Below, in pieces: positions 36,188 to 45,294 of a stretch of DNA of 64,000 bases (the stretch's first letter is position 1; every line of letters begins with the position of its first letter). The stretch lies in the NCBI GenBank assembly GCA_002498525.1, contig DAHR01000019.1:39404-103403 (forward strand), read 5' to 3'. Source of the DNA: Euryarchaeota archaeon UBA58. Its GTDB lineage: Archaea > Thermoplasmatota > Poseidoniia > Poseidoniales > Thalassarchaeaceae. A model generated the notes under the pieces. That model searched no databases. It saw nothing but the letters and a program-made list of their open reading frames with translations, and was not told where the DNA came from. Position numbers and translations under genes: made by a program.

Positions 36188-36745
36188 GTGGACGCCAACC
36201 GGATGGCCGCTGTGCATAGGCATCTGTGCATATTCACCATGCTCGATATGATCATTTTCGCCCTCCTGATGTACCGTTTTTCCATGGTCAGCGGCCCGTT
36301 GATGGGATTTCTCATCCTCCTCACTGCAGCAGCGATTTGTGGTACTGGATTGGTGTTGACACTTCGCTTCCGCGCACGAGTTCCTTCCTTCGACCATAGA
36401 ATAGACAAGTTGCTGTCGAATCTAGCAGTGTTCTTCCTGGTGGTAGGTGCTCTTCAGGCATTTCTCGGAATCAGTGCTGGCGACATCGGTCTGGTACTCC
36501 AATCCGGCTTGCTCGTTCTGCTGGGATTCGCAACACGCCGCCGAATAGCAACCCTTCACCATCCGATGTTCGTCGACTGGTATGGCTCAGGGAAGGAAGG
36601 GGCATCTAAATTGAGTCTCGATGAAGTATATGCCAGCTGCCCATCCTGCTCCAGTCTTCTGGCGGTGATTCCCAGCCGGCTTTCACGCCAGGATCGTTGT
36701 CCTAATTGTGATGGACTGCTCGTCACAATTTCAGAAGAGGAATAA
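36188..36745 (+). CDS. hypothetical membrane protein with C-terminal zinc ribbon
   Basis: About 4 TM helices, then 'CPSCSSLL...CPNCDG'. GTG start, so the start is uncertain. Confidence 0.5.
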   Translation: MDANRMAAVHRHLCIFTMLDMIIFALLMYRFSMVSGPLMGFLILLTAAAICGTGLVLTLRFRARVPSFDHRIDKLLSNLAVFFLVVGALQAFLGISAGDIGLVLQSGLLVLLGFATRRRIATLHHPMFVDWYGSGKEGASKLSLDEVYASCPSCSSLLAVIPSRLSRQDRCPNCDGLLVTISEEE

Positions 36746-37879
36746 TCAGTATCTCTCCAGAGCCGTTGCGATACCCATTCCTCCACCGATGCACATCGTA
36801 GCTATGGCACGTTCTTGTCCTTCACGGAGCAGAAGGGATGCGGCTTTGCTGGTGATTCGTGCGCCAGATGCCCCAAGTGGATGGCCTATCGACAAAGCGC
36901 CCCCATCCAGATTGACGATGGCTTCATCGATTCCTAATTCTCGTACACAGGCTAATGCTTGGGATGAGAATGCTTCATTGATTTCGAAGAGGTCCACTTC
37001 ATCGATTGACCATCCAGCTCTCTCCAGAGCCAATCCTGTAGCAGAAATAGGTCCTAAACCCATCAATTGAGGTGGACATCCAGTCACTGCACCAGCGACG
37101 ATGGTAGCAATTGGATCGAATCCGTTGGCCAAGGCGAACTCCTCGCTGCAGACCAGACTGAAGGCTGCCCCATCTGTGAGAGGAGATGATGTGGCAGCTG
37201 TTACGGTACCATCCTCTATGAACGCAGGATTCAATCGAGCCATCGATTCGACATTGGTGTCAGACCTGATGCAGCCGTCAGCAGAAATGATTCCATCGGT
37301 GGTTTGGATAGGGACTAACTCGGTGTCGAATCGACCACTGTCGACTGCCGAACTTGATTTCTGGTGCGACGATAAGGCAAACGCTTCCTGATCTTCACGG
37401 CTCACACCATGGAGGTCCGCGACATTCTCTGCCGTCAGGCCCATGTTGATGTAGGCTTGTGGATAAGATTTCTCAAGCTCGGCATGAGGCGACCAGTTGA
37501 AGCCCCGACGCTTTACCCGCGACATCGATTCCACCCCTCCGCACAGAAAACAATCGCCCCAACCACTGCGGATATTTGCCGTAGCAGTCAGAATCGACTG
37601 CATCGATGAGCCGCAGAGTCGATTGAAAGTAGCACCTGGAACGGAATCGGGTAACCCGCCGAGATAAGTCAGTATTCGCCCGATATTGTATCCTTGTTCC
37701 CCCTCCGGGTATGCGCAACCGAGCAGAATATCATCGATTTGACCTCTCTCGACTCCAGTCCTCTCTAGTAATGCACGAGCCACTTGACCAGCCATCTCAT
37801 CGGGTCGAGTGGAAGTCAATCCTCCCTTATGGGAGCGGTGGAACGGAGAGCGAACCCAGTCAACGATTACGGCCTTCAT
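36746..37879 (-). CDS. acetyl-CoA C-acetyltransferase (thiolase)
   Basis: 'NRLCGSSMQS' (active-site Cys), 'NEAFSSQALA', 'CIGGGMGIA'. Start at MKAVIVD (37879). Confidence 0.9.
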   Translation of the reverse strand: MKAVIVDWVRSPFHRSHKGGLTSTRPDEMAGQVARALLERTGVERGQIDDILLGCAYPEGEQGYNIGRILTYLGGLPDSVPGATFNRLCGSSMQSILTATANIRSGWGDCFLCGGVESMSRVKRRGFNWSPHAELEKSYPQAYINMGLTAENVADLHGVSREDQEAFALSSHQKSSSAVDSGRFDTELVPIQTTDGIISADGCIRSDTNVESMARLNPAFIEDGTVTAATSSPLTDGAAFSLVCSEEFALANGFDPIATIVAGAVTGCPPQLMGLGPISATGLALERAGWSIDEVDLFEINEAFSSQALACVRELGIDEAIVNLDGGALSIGHPLGASGARITSKAASLLLREGQERAIATMCIGGGMGIATALERY

Positions 37880-37987
37880 GGGTACTGCGTCACACAAGTT
37901 CCCAATAATCGTTGAGTCGTGTGACATATGAGTCCTATGGACTGGACCGACGGGTTCATGAAAGGACCTCATGTCGGGCGATTCAAC

Positions 37988-38680
37988 ATGATTCGAGAAT
38001 GCACAAATCACGGGTACTACGCGGACGATGATCTCTGTCCAGCCTGCAATGCAGAGGGTCGCTTCATAATGCGAACTGGAGAGAGGAACAGCATAGCTCG
38101 CAGGCTGGCTCTCGTGCTACGTCACGCTCCAGAGAAGTTCGACCTGGAAATGGATATCAATGGCTGGGTGGATGTCAAGGACATCGTTCGCCAATTCAAG
38201 AAACAAGGTGGGAAGCGCAATCACTGGCTCAGACCACACCATCTCTCCGCGATAGTCGAAACCGATCCAAAGGGGCGTTATGATATTCGGGGAAACACCA
38301 TCCGGGCCACTTATGGACACACAGTCGAGATCGAGATAGATCTGCCAACGGAAAACATTCCCGATGCACTCTACTACCCTTGTGACCCTGTTGAGACCGA
38401 GAACCTGCTCGAAGTCGGCATCTCACCCAGTGGACGCTCCCATGTCCACCTCTCCGCCTCAATCAAAACAGCAGCGGAAGCCGGACACGTCCACTTCGCG
38501 CTGCCGACGATCCTCGAGGTCGATACTGCTCAGATGATTGCAGCAGGTGAAACCATCTGGCACGCCGGAATCACAGTATATCTGACCGACAATACGCCTG
38601 CCAAATACCTCAGTGTCATAGACAATGATGATGCAGATTACGTTTTGGCCAGAGCTCGATGGACTGACGAAGAAGAGTGA
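37988..38680 (+). CDS. kptA: RNA 2'-phosphotransferase KptA/Tpt1 with N-terminal C-H-C-C zinc knuckle
   Basis: 'LALVLRHAPEKFDLEMDINGWVDV', 'RATYGHT', 'HVHLSAS'. N-terminal 'ECTNHGYYADDDLCPACN'. Start at 37988 (alternatives 37928 or 37958). Confidence 0.85.
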   Translation: MIRECTNHGYYADDDLCPACNAEGRFIMRTGERNSIARRLALVLRHAPEKFDLEMDINGWVDVKDIVRQFKKQGGKRNHWLRPHHLSAIVETDPKGRYDIRGNTIRATYGHTVEIEIDLPTENIPDALYYPCDPVETENLLEVGISPSGRSHVHLSASIKTAAEAGHVHFALPTILEVDTAQMIAAGETIWHAGITVYLTDNTPAKYLSVIDNDDADYVLARARWTDEEE

Positions 38681-38771
38681 ATCGTTCGACCTAAATACAA
38701 ATCACTCAATTCAAGAGTCAGTCGTTCAACGGAAGAGTGAATCACTCACTGAGTCCCGAATCGCTCACCGG
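38672..38771. repeat. about five degenerate tandem copies of a ~20-nt unit (core GAAGAGTGAATCnnTCA)
   Basis: Read directly in 20-nt register from 38672: GAAGAGTGAATCGTTCGACC / TAAATACAAATCACTCAATT / CAAGAGTCAGTCGTTCAACG / GAAGAGTGAATCACTCACTG / AGTCCCGAATCGCTCACCGG. The 12-mer GAAGAGTGAATC recurs exactly 60 nt apart (38672 and 38732). Confidence 0.6.
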
Positions 38772-39088
38772 AATTCACCACATAGGGGGCAGAATTCCAG
38801 ATCACTCGACATATCTGCATCGCAGGAAGAACAGACTGAATCCGATTTATTCCTCGGCTCAACATCTTCGGTCGAGATGACTCGAACCGGTGAATCACGA
38901 TTGACGAAAGGATCCTCGACCTCTGAATGTGTTTCAATAGATTCTCTGAATGCAATGACTTCATGAATCGCGTTCTGTATCCGAATCATCGAGTGTTCGT
39001 GATCTCCAGAATCGTTGCTGATCTCTAACGTCGCCAACCGATTCTGCAACCAACGCTGAAATTTATCGACATCCGATTCGCCACTCAT
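38765..39088 (-). CDS. small acidic protein with C-terminal zinc ribbon (107 aa), hypothetical
   Basis: The 3' part of the 313-aa track ORF that does not overlap IPK. Starts at ATG 39088 (MSGESDVDKF...) and ends 'CSSCDADMSSDLEFCPLCGEFR'. Confidence 0.45.
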   Translation of the reverse strand: MSGESDVDKFQRWLQNRLATLEISNDSGDHEHSMIRIQNAIHEVIAFRESIETHSEVEDPFVNRDSPVRVISTEDVEPRNKSDSVCSSCDADMSSDLEFCPLCGEFR

Positions 39089-39197
39089 CAACCGTTGCGG
39101 GGGGGAAGTTGAAATTAAGCCTGACCGGTCTTGAAATAGTAATTTTTCGGACTCCAGGTCAATTCCTCTCAGCGCATAACACAAAGGTAGGAACCGA

Positions 39198-40007
39198 ATG
39201 AGACGAAGTGAGGAGAGCATGTCTGACATTCTGATCAAGCTCGGTGGTGGCCTGATCACAGACAAATCCCGACTCCGCACCGTCGAACAAAGCAGAATCG
39301 AATCAGTCGCACGTGTTATCGCTGTACTGCTAGACGAGGGACATTCCGTCAGGATTGTACACGGCGCTGGTTCATTCGGCCATCTGAAAGCGAAAGAATG
39401 GAGCTTATCGGCAGGCGCCGACCCTTTGCGACTCGACGACCAGTTAGTCGCGGTAAACGATGTTCGAATGGATATGCGAAAGTTGAATTCGATAGTTCGA
39501 GACGTCTTTGAATCTCTCGATATCAACGTCTCAGCACATCCGCCCTCAATCTGGGCTACTGGGACCGGACCCTCATTCGCGGGTGACCTCAGCCGATTCG
39601 AATCAATCCCACAGAACACCGTCGCCATGACTTTCGGTGATGTCGTCGATTGTCCACCACCAGACCAATTCGGGATTCTATCCGGTGACGATCTAATGGT
39701 CCGCATGGCTTCAGAATTGAATATCTCTCACGCGATTTTCCTGCTCGGTGACACAGAGGGTCTGCTGGACCGTCCACCAGACCAAACTGGAGCAGAATTG
39801 ATCACACTCTGGACGCCAGAACGGAAAATCTCCGGCAAACACGACTCGGCACAGGACGTGACTGGTGGCATATTCCTCAAGATCGCCAGTGCCAGTGCCA
39901 TATCCAAACACGTCGAAAACGTCTGGTTGATAGATGGTCGACAACCTCAGAGAGTATTGCAACTGATAAGAACGGGGAAAACCCGGGGAACACGAGTGAT
40001 CGGATGA
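39198..40007 (+). CDS. ipk: isopentenyl phosphate kinase (amino-acid-kinase fold)
   Basis: 'ILIKLGGGLITDK', 'VHGAGSFGH'. Alternative start at 39219. Confidence 0.85.
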   Translation: MRRSEESMSDILIKLGGGLITDKSRLRTVEQSRIESVARVIAVLLDEGHSVRIVHGAGSFGHLKAKEWSLSAGADPLRLDDQLVAVNDVRMDMRKLNSIVRDVFESLDINVSAHPPSIWATGTGPSFAGDLSRFESIPQNTVAMTFGDVVDCPPPDQFGILSGDDLMVRMASELNISHAIFLLGDTEGLLDRPPDQTGAELITLWTPERKISGKHDSAQDVTGGIFLKIASASAISKHVENVWLIDGRQPQRVLQLIRTGKTRGTRVIG

Positions 40008-40072
40008 ATTCCACTCCAATCTGACCCCCGCCTCGATTATATGTGGCCCTCATCTCGCCGAAACGAATTAAC

Positions 40073-41761
40073 ATGACCACGGAGGATGGGGGGCTCACAG
40101 AGTACGACTCTACTCAGGCTGAGATGATGCTTGAGCAGTGTCTGCAACTTGACGAGAACGACGAAGTCATCGGTGGCGTCTCGAAAAAGACTTGCCACCG
40201 AGGTCAGGGAATCCGCCACCGCGCCTTCAGCGTTCTAATCTTTGATTCGCAAGATAGATTGCTCGTGCAACAGAGATCCGCAGACAAGATCACCTTCCCC
40301 TCAGTATGGGCCAATTCCTGCTGTAGTCACCCCTTGGCTATCGAAGGTGAGACAGAAGACTCCGAAACGGGTGTCATCGAAGCAGCGAGAAGGAAACTTG
40401 AGCAGGAGCTCGGAATCCCACGCTCGAAGACCGACACCTGGGACTTCAATCACATCGGGCGTTTCGAGTACCGCTGTCGTTGGGACGATGAATGGGTAGA
40501 ACATGAGATCGATCATGTATTGATCGTTCGCGAAGACATAGAAGTCAAACCGAATGAGAACGAGATTCAAGCCATCGCGTGGTTGGATTCTGAAGGTATC
40601 GAGGATATGATCTCACGCAACGGTCGTTGGTCAAGCCAATTGATCGCACCCTGGTTCGAATCATTGGTCGAGAATTTCTGTTCCCCAAGGGATTGGGATA
40701 TCGACGAAATCATCTCCTCACGGCGCTCAGACATCGTCAGGTGCGGTGAATTGGAATTACGACGAGTCGATGATTCCGCAGCAAATGTTCTCGCTGCATT
40801 GAGTCAGCACCGCGAGATAGTCGAGGCTGTGATTCAAGAGAATCTCGAGAAGATCAAACAGGAACGGCTCAGAGGCGCGATGTCGCACCTCTTCACCGGT
40901 GGCGGCAAGAGATTGCGTGCCATAATGCCCAGATTGGTTGGCGATGCTGTAGGGAATGGTCACGCCGGACACTATACTCTCGGTGCTTGCATCGAGATAA
41001 TCCATAATTTCACTCTGGTGCACGATGACATAATGGATCAAGATCCGATTCGACGTGGTCTCGAAGCCGTCCATATCGCTTATGATGATGCGACGGCGAT
41101 TAACGCCGGTGATGCAATGCTGGCGCTCGGATTCGAGATGCTCGCAGACAGTGAAGACATCGAAGACAAGCAACTTCGTCAGGTCGTGAGCGCGATTGGG
41201 ACCATGGTCCGAAGAGTCGCACAAGGTCAACAAGAGGACTTTGAATTCGAACATAGGGAATCTGTCTCAGAGGATGAATACATTGCGATGATTGCCGGAA
41301 AAACCAGTGCCATGTTCCAGACCTGCGCTGAAACCGGAGCGATTCTTGCCGGAGCCGATGCGGCTACAGTAGAGAACATGGCCGCCTGGGGCCTGAATCT
41401 CGGACTCTGCTTCCAGATTATGGATGATTACATCGACATGGTGAGTGACACCGAAACCTTAGGCAAACCCTCAGGTTCGGATATTGTTCAAGGGAAACGG
41501 ACTCTCATCGCGATTCACGCAATCGAGAGTGGTGCAGACTTACCGACTTTCAAGAGATTGTTCGGTACGGGTCAGGACTCAGAAAGCGAATTGGACGATG
41601 CCGTGAACGAATTGAAGGAGAACGGGTCGATTCAATACGCTCTCGACCGTGCGATGAAACATCACAGAATCGCTCACGATTGTCTCGATGCTCTGGAACC
41701 ATCGGAAGCTGTGACGATTCTGAGGAACATGACTGACTTCCAACTGGTTCGCATCAACTGA
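40073..41761 (+). CDS. fusion: type-1 (Nudix-fold) isopentenyl-diphosphate isomerase + geranylgeranyl diphosphate synthase
   Basis: N-terminal half: 'HRAFSVLIFDSQDRLLVQQRSADKITFPSVWANSCCSHP' (IDI-1 catalytic Cys region). C-terminal half: 'LVHDDIMD' (FARM) and 'IMDDYIDM' (SARM). ATG 40073 has a 'GATTATATG' TATA-like box ~30 nt upstream. Confidence 0.85.
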   Translation: MTTEDGGLTEYDSTQAEMMLEQCLQLDENDEVIGGVSKKTCHRGQGIRHRAFSVLIFDSQDRLLVQQRSADKITFPSVWANSCCSHPLAIEGETEDSETGVIEAARRKLEQELGIPRSKTDTWDFNHIGRFEYRCRWDDEWVEHEIDHVLIVREDIEVKPNENEIQAIAWLDSEGIEDMISRNGRWSSQLIAPWFESLVENFCSPRDWDIDEIISSRRSDIVRCGELELRRVDDSAANVLAALSQHREIVEAVIQENLEKIKQERLRGAMSHLFTGGGKRLRAIMPRLVGDAVGNGHAGHYTLGACIEIIHNFTLVHDDIMDQDPIRRGLEAVHIAYDDATAINAGDAMLALGFEMLADSEDIEDKQLRQVVSAIGTMVRRVAQGQQEDFEFEHRESVSEDEYIAMIAGKTSAMFQTCAETGAILAGADAATVENMAAWGLNLGLCFQIMDDYIDMVSDTETLGKPSGSDIVQGKRTLIAIHAIESGADLPTFKRLFGTGQDSESELDDAVNELKENGSIQYALDRAMKHHRIAHDCLDALEPSEAVTILRNMTDFQLVRIN

Positions 41762-41810
41762 TGTCAACCACACCAGTCTTACTGGCTAGGTTGTCAAAGG
41801 AATGAATGAC

Positions 41811-44018
41811 TCAATCAGTGTAGTATGCTTCACCGGGAACTTCGGGTTTGAGGCCCTTGCGTTCGCGAATCTCGCCGACGACCTTCTCGAGGAGCGACCT
41901 CGGCAGAATCTCGAATCCTGAGTTCTCGGTGTTCCAGATGGCTCGCCCTTGGGTGGCAGCGCGGATGTCGTTGGAGAATCCGAATGACTCCGCGACAGGC
42001 ATCTTGCCTATCACAGAAGCTGTGCCGCCATCGATTGGCATGTCCTCTATCACTCCTCGACGATTGGTGACCTCTCTTGTGACGCCACCAATGACATCGT
42101 TAGGTGCATCGATGCGGATGTTCTGCATTGGTTCGAGAATAACTGGACCAGAGCGGATGAGCGCTCCTCTGCAAGCATTTCGAACCGCGGGAATGGTCTG
42201 GGCTGGTCCGCGATGAATCGCGTCTTCGTGCAACTTAGCATCGACCAACCTCAGCATCACTCCCATCAAAGGTTCTTCAGCTAACGGCCCCTTCTTGCAG
42301 ACCTCGTTGAATCCTTCGATTATCAATTCACGAGTCTCGTGCAGGTTCTGGATTCCCTTTGTATCGTTGACCAGGACATTGGTGCCGCTGATCGCGAAGA
42401 TCTTACGCATCAGATTCTTCTCCATGCCGAATTCAGCGAACTTGTCACCTACCGCTTTCGAATCCTTGTTGCGGACGTTGCCGTCACCGAAGTGCCCCTC
42501 ACGGAGTGCTTGGACGACGTCCTCTGCCAGAGGTTCCGCTTCGATGTAGAATCTGTTATGGCGATTGGGCGACTTGCCTTCGAACGCTCGACCAGCGTTC
42601 TCGGATTGGATGGATTCGCGGTAGACCACGATTGGTTCGCTGACCTTGACCTTGATTCCCCGTTCCTCTTCCAGACGGTAGACTGTGATCTCGAGGTGCA
42701 ATTCTCCCATACCAGCGAGAAGAGCCTCGCCCGTCTCAGAATTCGTAGAAACCTGGAGTGAAGCATCAGCCTTCGCGAGTCCACGCAATGCATCGATGAA
42801 TTTGGGTAGATCCTTCATCGCTTTGGGCTCGACTGCGACGGTTACGACCGGTTCTGAGTAATGCGTAATGGCCTCAAATGGCACTGAGTCTTTTTCGCGC
42901 GCAATCGTCACACCGGCTTTAGCGCTGCGGATACCTGTGATTGCTGCGATATTGCCAGCGGTGACCTCGGGAACCTGAATGCGATCGCTGCCGACCATCA
43001 TACTGACCTGTTGTACCCGCTCGGCCTTCGCTCCGCCGATCGCCCATACAGTCTCACCGTGCTTGATCGAACCTGAATACACTCGTCCGACCGCGACCTC
43101 ACCGGCATGTGTATCCATCCAGATTTTGGTGATCATCAAGGACAGAGGGCCATCTGCATCGCACTCCATCATCGCCTTGCCTTCCACGGACTCGAGATCG
43201 CCTTGCCAGATGTTGGGAATACGATATCTCTGAGCTTCCAGTGGTGACGGAAGTTTATCCACCGCCATATCGAGAATCACTTGGTGAACGGGAGCCTTCT
43301 TTGACAACGCCTTCTGTTCATCCTTGGCGCAATGCTCGTAGATATCCTTGAAATTGAGTCCGGTTTTCTTCATGTATGGTACCGACATGCCCCAGTTGTA
43401 GTAGGCTGAACCGAAGGCGACTGTGCCATTCTCAACGCTGACTTGCCATTCCTTCCGAACCTCTTCAGGAGCGAAAGTATGAATCAGTTTATTCACCTTG
43501 GTGATGATCTTCTCGAACCTCTGCATCATCTCAGCACCATCGATCTGCAATTCATTGATCAATCGATCTACCTTGTTGATGAAAAGAACCGGACGCACCT
43601 TCTCCTTCAGAGCCTGACGAACAACAGTCTCGGTCTGAGGCATTGTACCTTCCACCGCACAAGCAAGGATGATACAACCGTCAACTGCGCGCATCGCTCG
43701 GGTGACGTCACCACCGAAATCGACGTGACCGGGGGTATCAATGAGATTGATGAGATAATCTTCGCCGCCGATATCGTGAACCATCGAGGCGCTCGCGGCG
43801 TTGATAGTGATTCCGCGAGCGCTCTCCTGCTCGTCGAAATCGAGAACACGTGACTTGCCCGCCAGCTCCTCCGACATCATACCGGCACCAGCGATGAGAT
43901 TGTCCGAAAGAGTCGTCTTGCCGTGATCAATGTGAGCGGCGATAGCGAGGTTGCGAATCCGCTCACGGGTATGCATGACTTCTACGGCTCTGGCAATATT
44001 GTCTTCCTTACGACCCAT
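41811..44018 (-). CDS. fusA: translation elongation factor 2 (aEF-2)
   Basis: 'AHIDHGKTTLSDNL', 'DTPGHVDF'. 735 aa. The diphthamide-region His is present. Confidence 0.97.
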   Translation of the reverse strand: MGRKEDNIARAVEVMHTRERIRNLAIAAHIDHGKTTLSDNLIAGAGMMSEELAGKSRVLDFDEQESARGITINAASASMVHDIGGEDYLINLIDTPGHVDFGGDVTRAMRAVDGCIILACAVEGTMPQTETVVRQALKEKVRPVLFINKVDRLINELQIDGAEMMQRFEKIITKVNKLIHTFAPEEVRKEWQVSVENGTVAFGSAYYNWGMSVPYMKKTGLNFKDIYEHCAKDEQKALSKKAPVHQVILDMAVDKLPSPLEAQRYRIPNIWQGDLESVEGKAMMECDADGPLSLMITKIWMDTHAGEVAVGRVYSGSIKHGETVWAIGGAKAERVQQVSMMVGSDRIQVPEVTAGNIAAITGIRSAKAGVTIAREKDSVPFEAITHYSEPVVTVAVEPKAMKDLPKFIDALRGLAKADASLQVSTNSETGEALLAGMGELHLEITVYRLEEERGIKVKVSEPIVVYRESIQSENAGRAFEGKSPNRHNRFYIEAEPLAEDVVQALREGHFGDGNVRNKDSKAVGDKFAEFGMEKNLMRKIFAISGTNVLVNDTKGIQNLHETRELIIEGFNEVCKKGPLAEEPLMGVMLRLVDAKLHEDAIHRGPAQTIPAVRNACRGALIRSGPVILEPMQNIRIDAPNDVIGGVTREVTNRRGVIEDMPIDGGTASVIGKMPVAESFGFSNDIRAATQGRAIWNTENSGFEILPRSLLEKVVGEIRERKGLKPEVPGEAYYTD

Positions 44019-44067
44019 TCAATCAACCTCTGGATGAGCCGGCGACCTGACTTTGGTTCATAAAGCG

Positions 44068-44090
44068 ATTGTATCACTACGTGATACAAT
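44068..44090. promoter_or_regulatory. perfect 10-bp inverted repeat ATTGTATCAC-tac-GTGATACAAT in the S7/EF-2 spacer
   Basis: Read directly. Lies in the 99-nt gap between the rps7 stop (44118) and the EF-2 start (44018). Function unknown (RNA hairpin or protein site). Confidence 0.4.
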
Positions 44091-44117
44091 GCACTGGCAG
44101 AAGCGAATGGTTAGAAA

Positions 44118-44744
44118 TCACCGGGACGAAGCGGCGATTCGTTCCAACTCTTCTTTCTTGGCGACAGCGTATGAGCTGACATCTCCAGCAGCAGCCTTAT
44201 TGATCTCGGAGATGATTCCCTGAGTCAGCGTGCGGGTACTCTTCGCAGTCGCCGATGCACAGCCTTTCGAGAGATTACGAAGTGCCGTGTCGAGACGACG
44301 ACTGGGCGAAGAATCTACAGCTTTGGGTTGACTGACCGCGCCGAATTTAATGCGAGTAATCTCCTCGCAGGGAGCCGAGGCGACTATTGCATTGATTAAA
44401 TGCTGCAATGGATTCTCGCCAGTGCGCTCTGCGATATTGTCGAGAGCCGCCTCGAAAGCCTTTGCACAATGTTGCTTCTTGCCGCTGAACTTCCCAGATC
44501 GCATCAGGTTGTTGATGAAGCGCTCGATGACCGATAGCTTGTCCTTGCCGAACCAGGCATTGGCGTGACGTCCACCACTATGAGGGGTGCCGATCGTTCG
44601 AAGATTGATGTAAGGAGCGAGACCAGGGTCCGAGCAAACGACTTCAGTCGCATCCCATTTACCGAAAACCATAGTTCCGATACCGGCGATTGGTGCCGCC
44701 TCTTGGACTTCTTCCCTCTCAACAGTCTCAGACATGATATTCAC
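44118..44744 (-). CDS. rps7: ribosomal protein S7 (uS7)
   Basis: '[13 protein letters not shown]' and overall uS7 pattern. ATGA overlap with rps12. Confidence 0.95.
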   Translation of the reverse strand: MNIMSETVEREEVQEAAPIAGIGTMVFGKWDATEVVCSDPGLAPYINLRTIGTPHSGGRHANAWFGKDKLSVIERFINNLMRSGKFSGKKQHCAKAFEAALDNIAERTGENPLQHLINAIVASAPCEEITRIKFGAVSQPKAVDSSPSRRLDTALRNLSKGCASATAKSTRTLTQGIISEINKAAAGDVSSYAVAKKEELERIAASSR

Positions 44745-45223
44745 CTGATAGGCTTCTCTTTGCGCCCACGGACCATCTCATCGAGAGAGACGCCGTTGAC
44801 CTTGATGACCTTGAAACGGACACCGGGCAGGTCACCGTACGAACGACCCATGCTTCCACCGATGCCTTCGACCAGCACTTCGTCGTGCTCGTCGATGAAG
44901 GATATCGCACCGTCGCCAGGAGCGAATGCGGTCAATTTATTGCCGGTGCGAATCAGTGAGATCTTCACGGCCTTGCGAATTCCGGAATTGGGTTGCTTGG
45001 CCTCGATTCCGACCTTCTCGATAACGATTCCTTTGGCTTGAGTACTACCTCGAAGAGGGTCGTGCTTGAGCGCGCCACCATAGCTTCTCTTGGTCTCGCG
45101 ATTCTTGAACTTGCGCTCGTTCCAGCGGAATCGCTTACGGTCTTTCTTCATCTTCGGTCCAGAGAATAAACCACGACCCAAGCACAAGCACCCCGAAGAA
45201 CGACCCGCCGACCTACCTCCCAT
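44741..45223 (-). CDS. rps12: ribosomal protein S12 (uS12)
   Basis: '[15 protein letters not shown]', '[15 protein letters not shown]', '[15 protein letters not shown]'. Start uncertain: ATG 45223, or TTG 45181, which would give the canonical 'MGRGLFSG...' N-terminus. The track start at 45283 is probably too long. Confidence 0.9.
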   Translation of the reverse strand: MGGRSAGRSSGCLCLGRGLFSGPKMKKDRKRFRWNERKFKNRETKRSYGGALKHDPLRGSTQAKGIVIEKVGIEAKQPNSGIRKAVKISLIRTGNKLTAFAPGDGAISFIDEHDEVLVEGIGGSMGRSYGDLPGVRFKVIKVNGVSLDEMVRGRKEKPIR

Positions 45224-45294
45224 ATAAGAGCGTGACGGACTCACCATAGGTGAGGTGAGGCACTGCTCCTCACTCGCCAACATTCAAGCAGCGG

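Noticed and set aside
39089-39706. Upstream two-thirds of the 313-aa minus-strand track ORF (38765..39706), antisense to isopentenyl phosphate kinase
   Set aside because: It overlaps the well-supported IPK gene on the opposite strand. Its sequence is Ser/Arg/Pro-rich with no motif, which is typical of antisense frames in GC-richer DNA. Only the non-overlapping 3' 107 codons with a zinc ribbon were kept.
44565-45041. 158-aa ORF antisense to rps7/rps12, and similar long antisense ORFs in EF-2, TiaS, DHH, Rrp41 and IDI-GGPPS (e.g. 58366..58953, 48975..49553, 51542..52030, 40757..41254)
   Set aside because: Each lies opposite a gene with unmistakable conserved motifs. Their abundance tracks the higher GC of the right half.
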